A stretch of 64,000 nucleotides of DNA from an uncultured Flavobacteriaceae bacterium (GTDB taxonomy: Bacteria; Bacteroidota; Bacteroidia; Flavobacteriales; Flavobacteriaceae). The stretch is taken from NCBI GenBank assembly GCA_905181835.1, contig CAJIZF010000003.1:20074-84073 (forward strand), in the 5' to 3' direction. Made by a program: the position numbers and the translations under genes. Position 1 is the first letter of the stretch; each line of letters starts with the position of its first letter. Below, in pieces: positions 63,329 to 64,000 of this stretch. The notes beneath the pieces are model-generated. The model saw nothing but the letters and a program-made list of their open reading frames with translations. It made no database searches and had not been told where the DNA came from.

Positions 63329-64000
63329 TTATTTTTTAATAAATTGTACTGTTTTACTTGCATTTTCAGTTGATAATACTGCAAAATAAGTACCTGCATC
63401 TAAGTTAGAGGTGTCCACTGAAAAGTTTGTGGCATCTGGAGATACCTTTCTTACGGTTTGACCAAGAGTGTTGTATATTACAACATTCGTTATTTGTTCT
63501 TCAGACTGAATATTAATATTGTTTAAGTTGGATTTGGATACAAGGAAACATTAATCGTATTAATATCGTTAACACCTAATTCACCAGCGGTAACTTGAAC
63601 ACTTCCAAGAGCTTCTTCATTGTCTGGATTTGCATTTACACCAGAAACATAAAATCCATATTGAACAACAGCATCTGAATCTTCAATATTGTCATACAGC
63701 AAAGAAAAACTTCCTGTAGTTGTTATTACAGTAGATTCGGTTTTTAAAAATGAATAATCAGAGTTAAAAACCTTAATAAAAGCTACTACTGTATATGCTG
63801 GATCTATAGTTACAGAGGTAACATTTCCTACAAATGTTAATTCACTTCCTACAAGTGTATTATCTTCTACATAGGTATTCCCTTCAAATATTTTATTTCC
63901 TAGCCCTGTATCTTGGTCAACCCAAAAAGGGTCAGTACCGTCGCCCCAGGTATTGAAGTTAGGCTGTAGTGTAAGAGTATTTTGGTCTTGATCAACAACA
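63329..64000 (-). pseudogene. C-terminal part of a secreted protein with a T9SS sorting domain. The 5' end lies beyond the window and the frame is interrupted near 63524-63535
   Basis: My reverse translation gives ...VQVTAGELGVNDINTINVSLYPNPT followed by a stop. A shifted frame then reads NLNNINIQSEEQITNVVIYNTLGQTVRKVSPDATNFSVDTSNLDAGTYFAVLSTENASKTVQFIKK followed by a stop, which is a typical T9SS tail. Confidence 0.6.

Overview
This is an AT-rich chromosomal segment, about one-third GC by eye. It is most consistent with a Flavobacteriia (Bacteroidota) genome. The support is four proteins with T9SS-type C-terminal sorting domains, TAnnTTTG-type -7 promoter boxes, lipoprotein and AQ-type signal peptides, and flavobacterial gene content. 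I found about 50 genes, almost all housekeeping.

Gene content from left to right:
- A PAPS module: cysD-cysC-DUF2061-cysQ.
- glmM, ggt and acpH.
- A large heme supercluster: hemJ, hemH, an AraC-type regulator, then a tightly coupled hemA-hemCD(fusion)-hemB-hemL-hemE-hemN operon.
- uvrA.
- Menaquinone genes: menB, and a thioesterase-menF-menD operon.
- dnaK and a umuDC-like translesion operon.
- panB, rluA-like, alkB and comM.
- Two divergent T9SS-secreted proteases.
- A sugar-uptake and upper-glycolysis operon: SSS transporter-pfkA-gap-BadF-type kinase-pgi.

I found no tRNA, rRNA, CRISPR array, IS element, integrase, prophage or recognisable defence island. I cannot point to a clear novel multi-gene system, and the window reads as core genome.

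The most unusual items are:
1. A UmuD-like protein whose S24 Ser/Lys catalytic dyad appears to be substituted. It is preceded by three tandem copies of a 15-bp palindrome that overlap its own start codon.
2. At least seven reading-frame interruptions in conserved genes (uvrA, hemN, the AraC regulator, a CRTAC1-like gene twice, a T9SS protein, and probably one or two 5' ends). Four of the resolved sites sit in runs of identical bases, which suggests sequencing indels rather than decay.
3. A HemC-HemD fusion.
4. Candidate operators upstream of hemA and dnaK.
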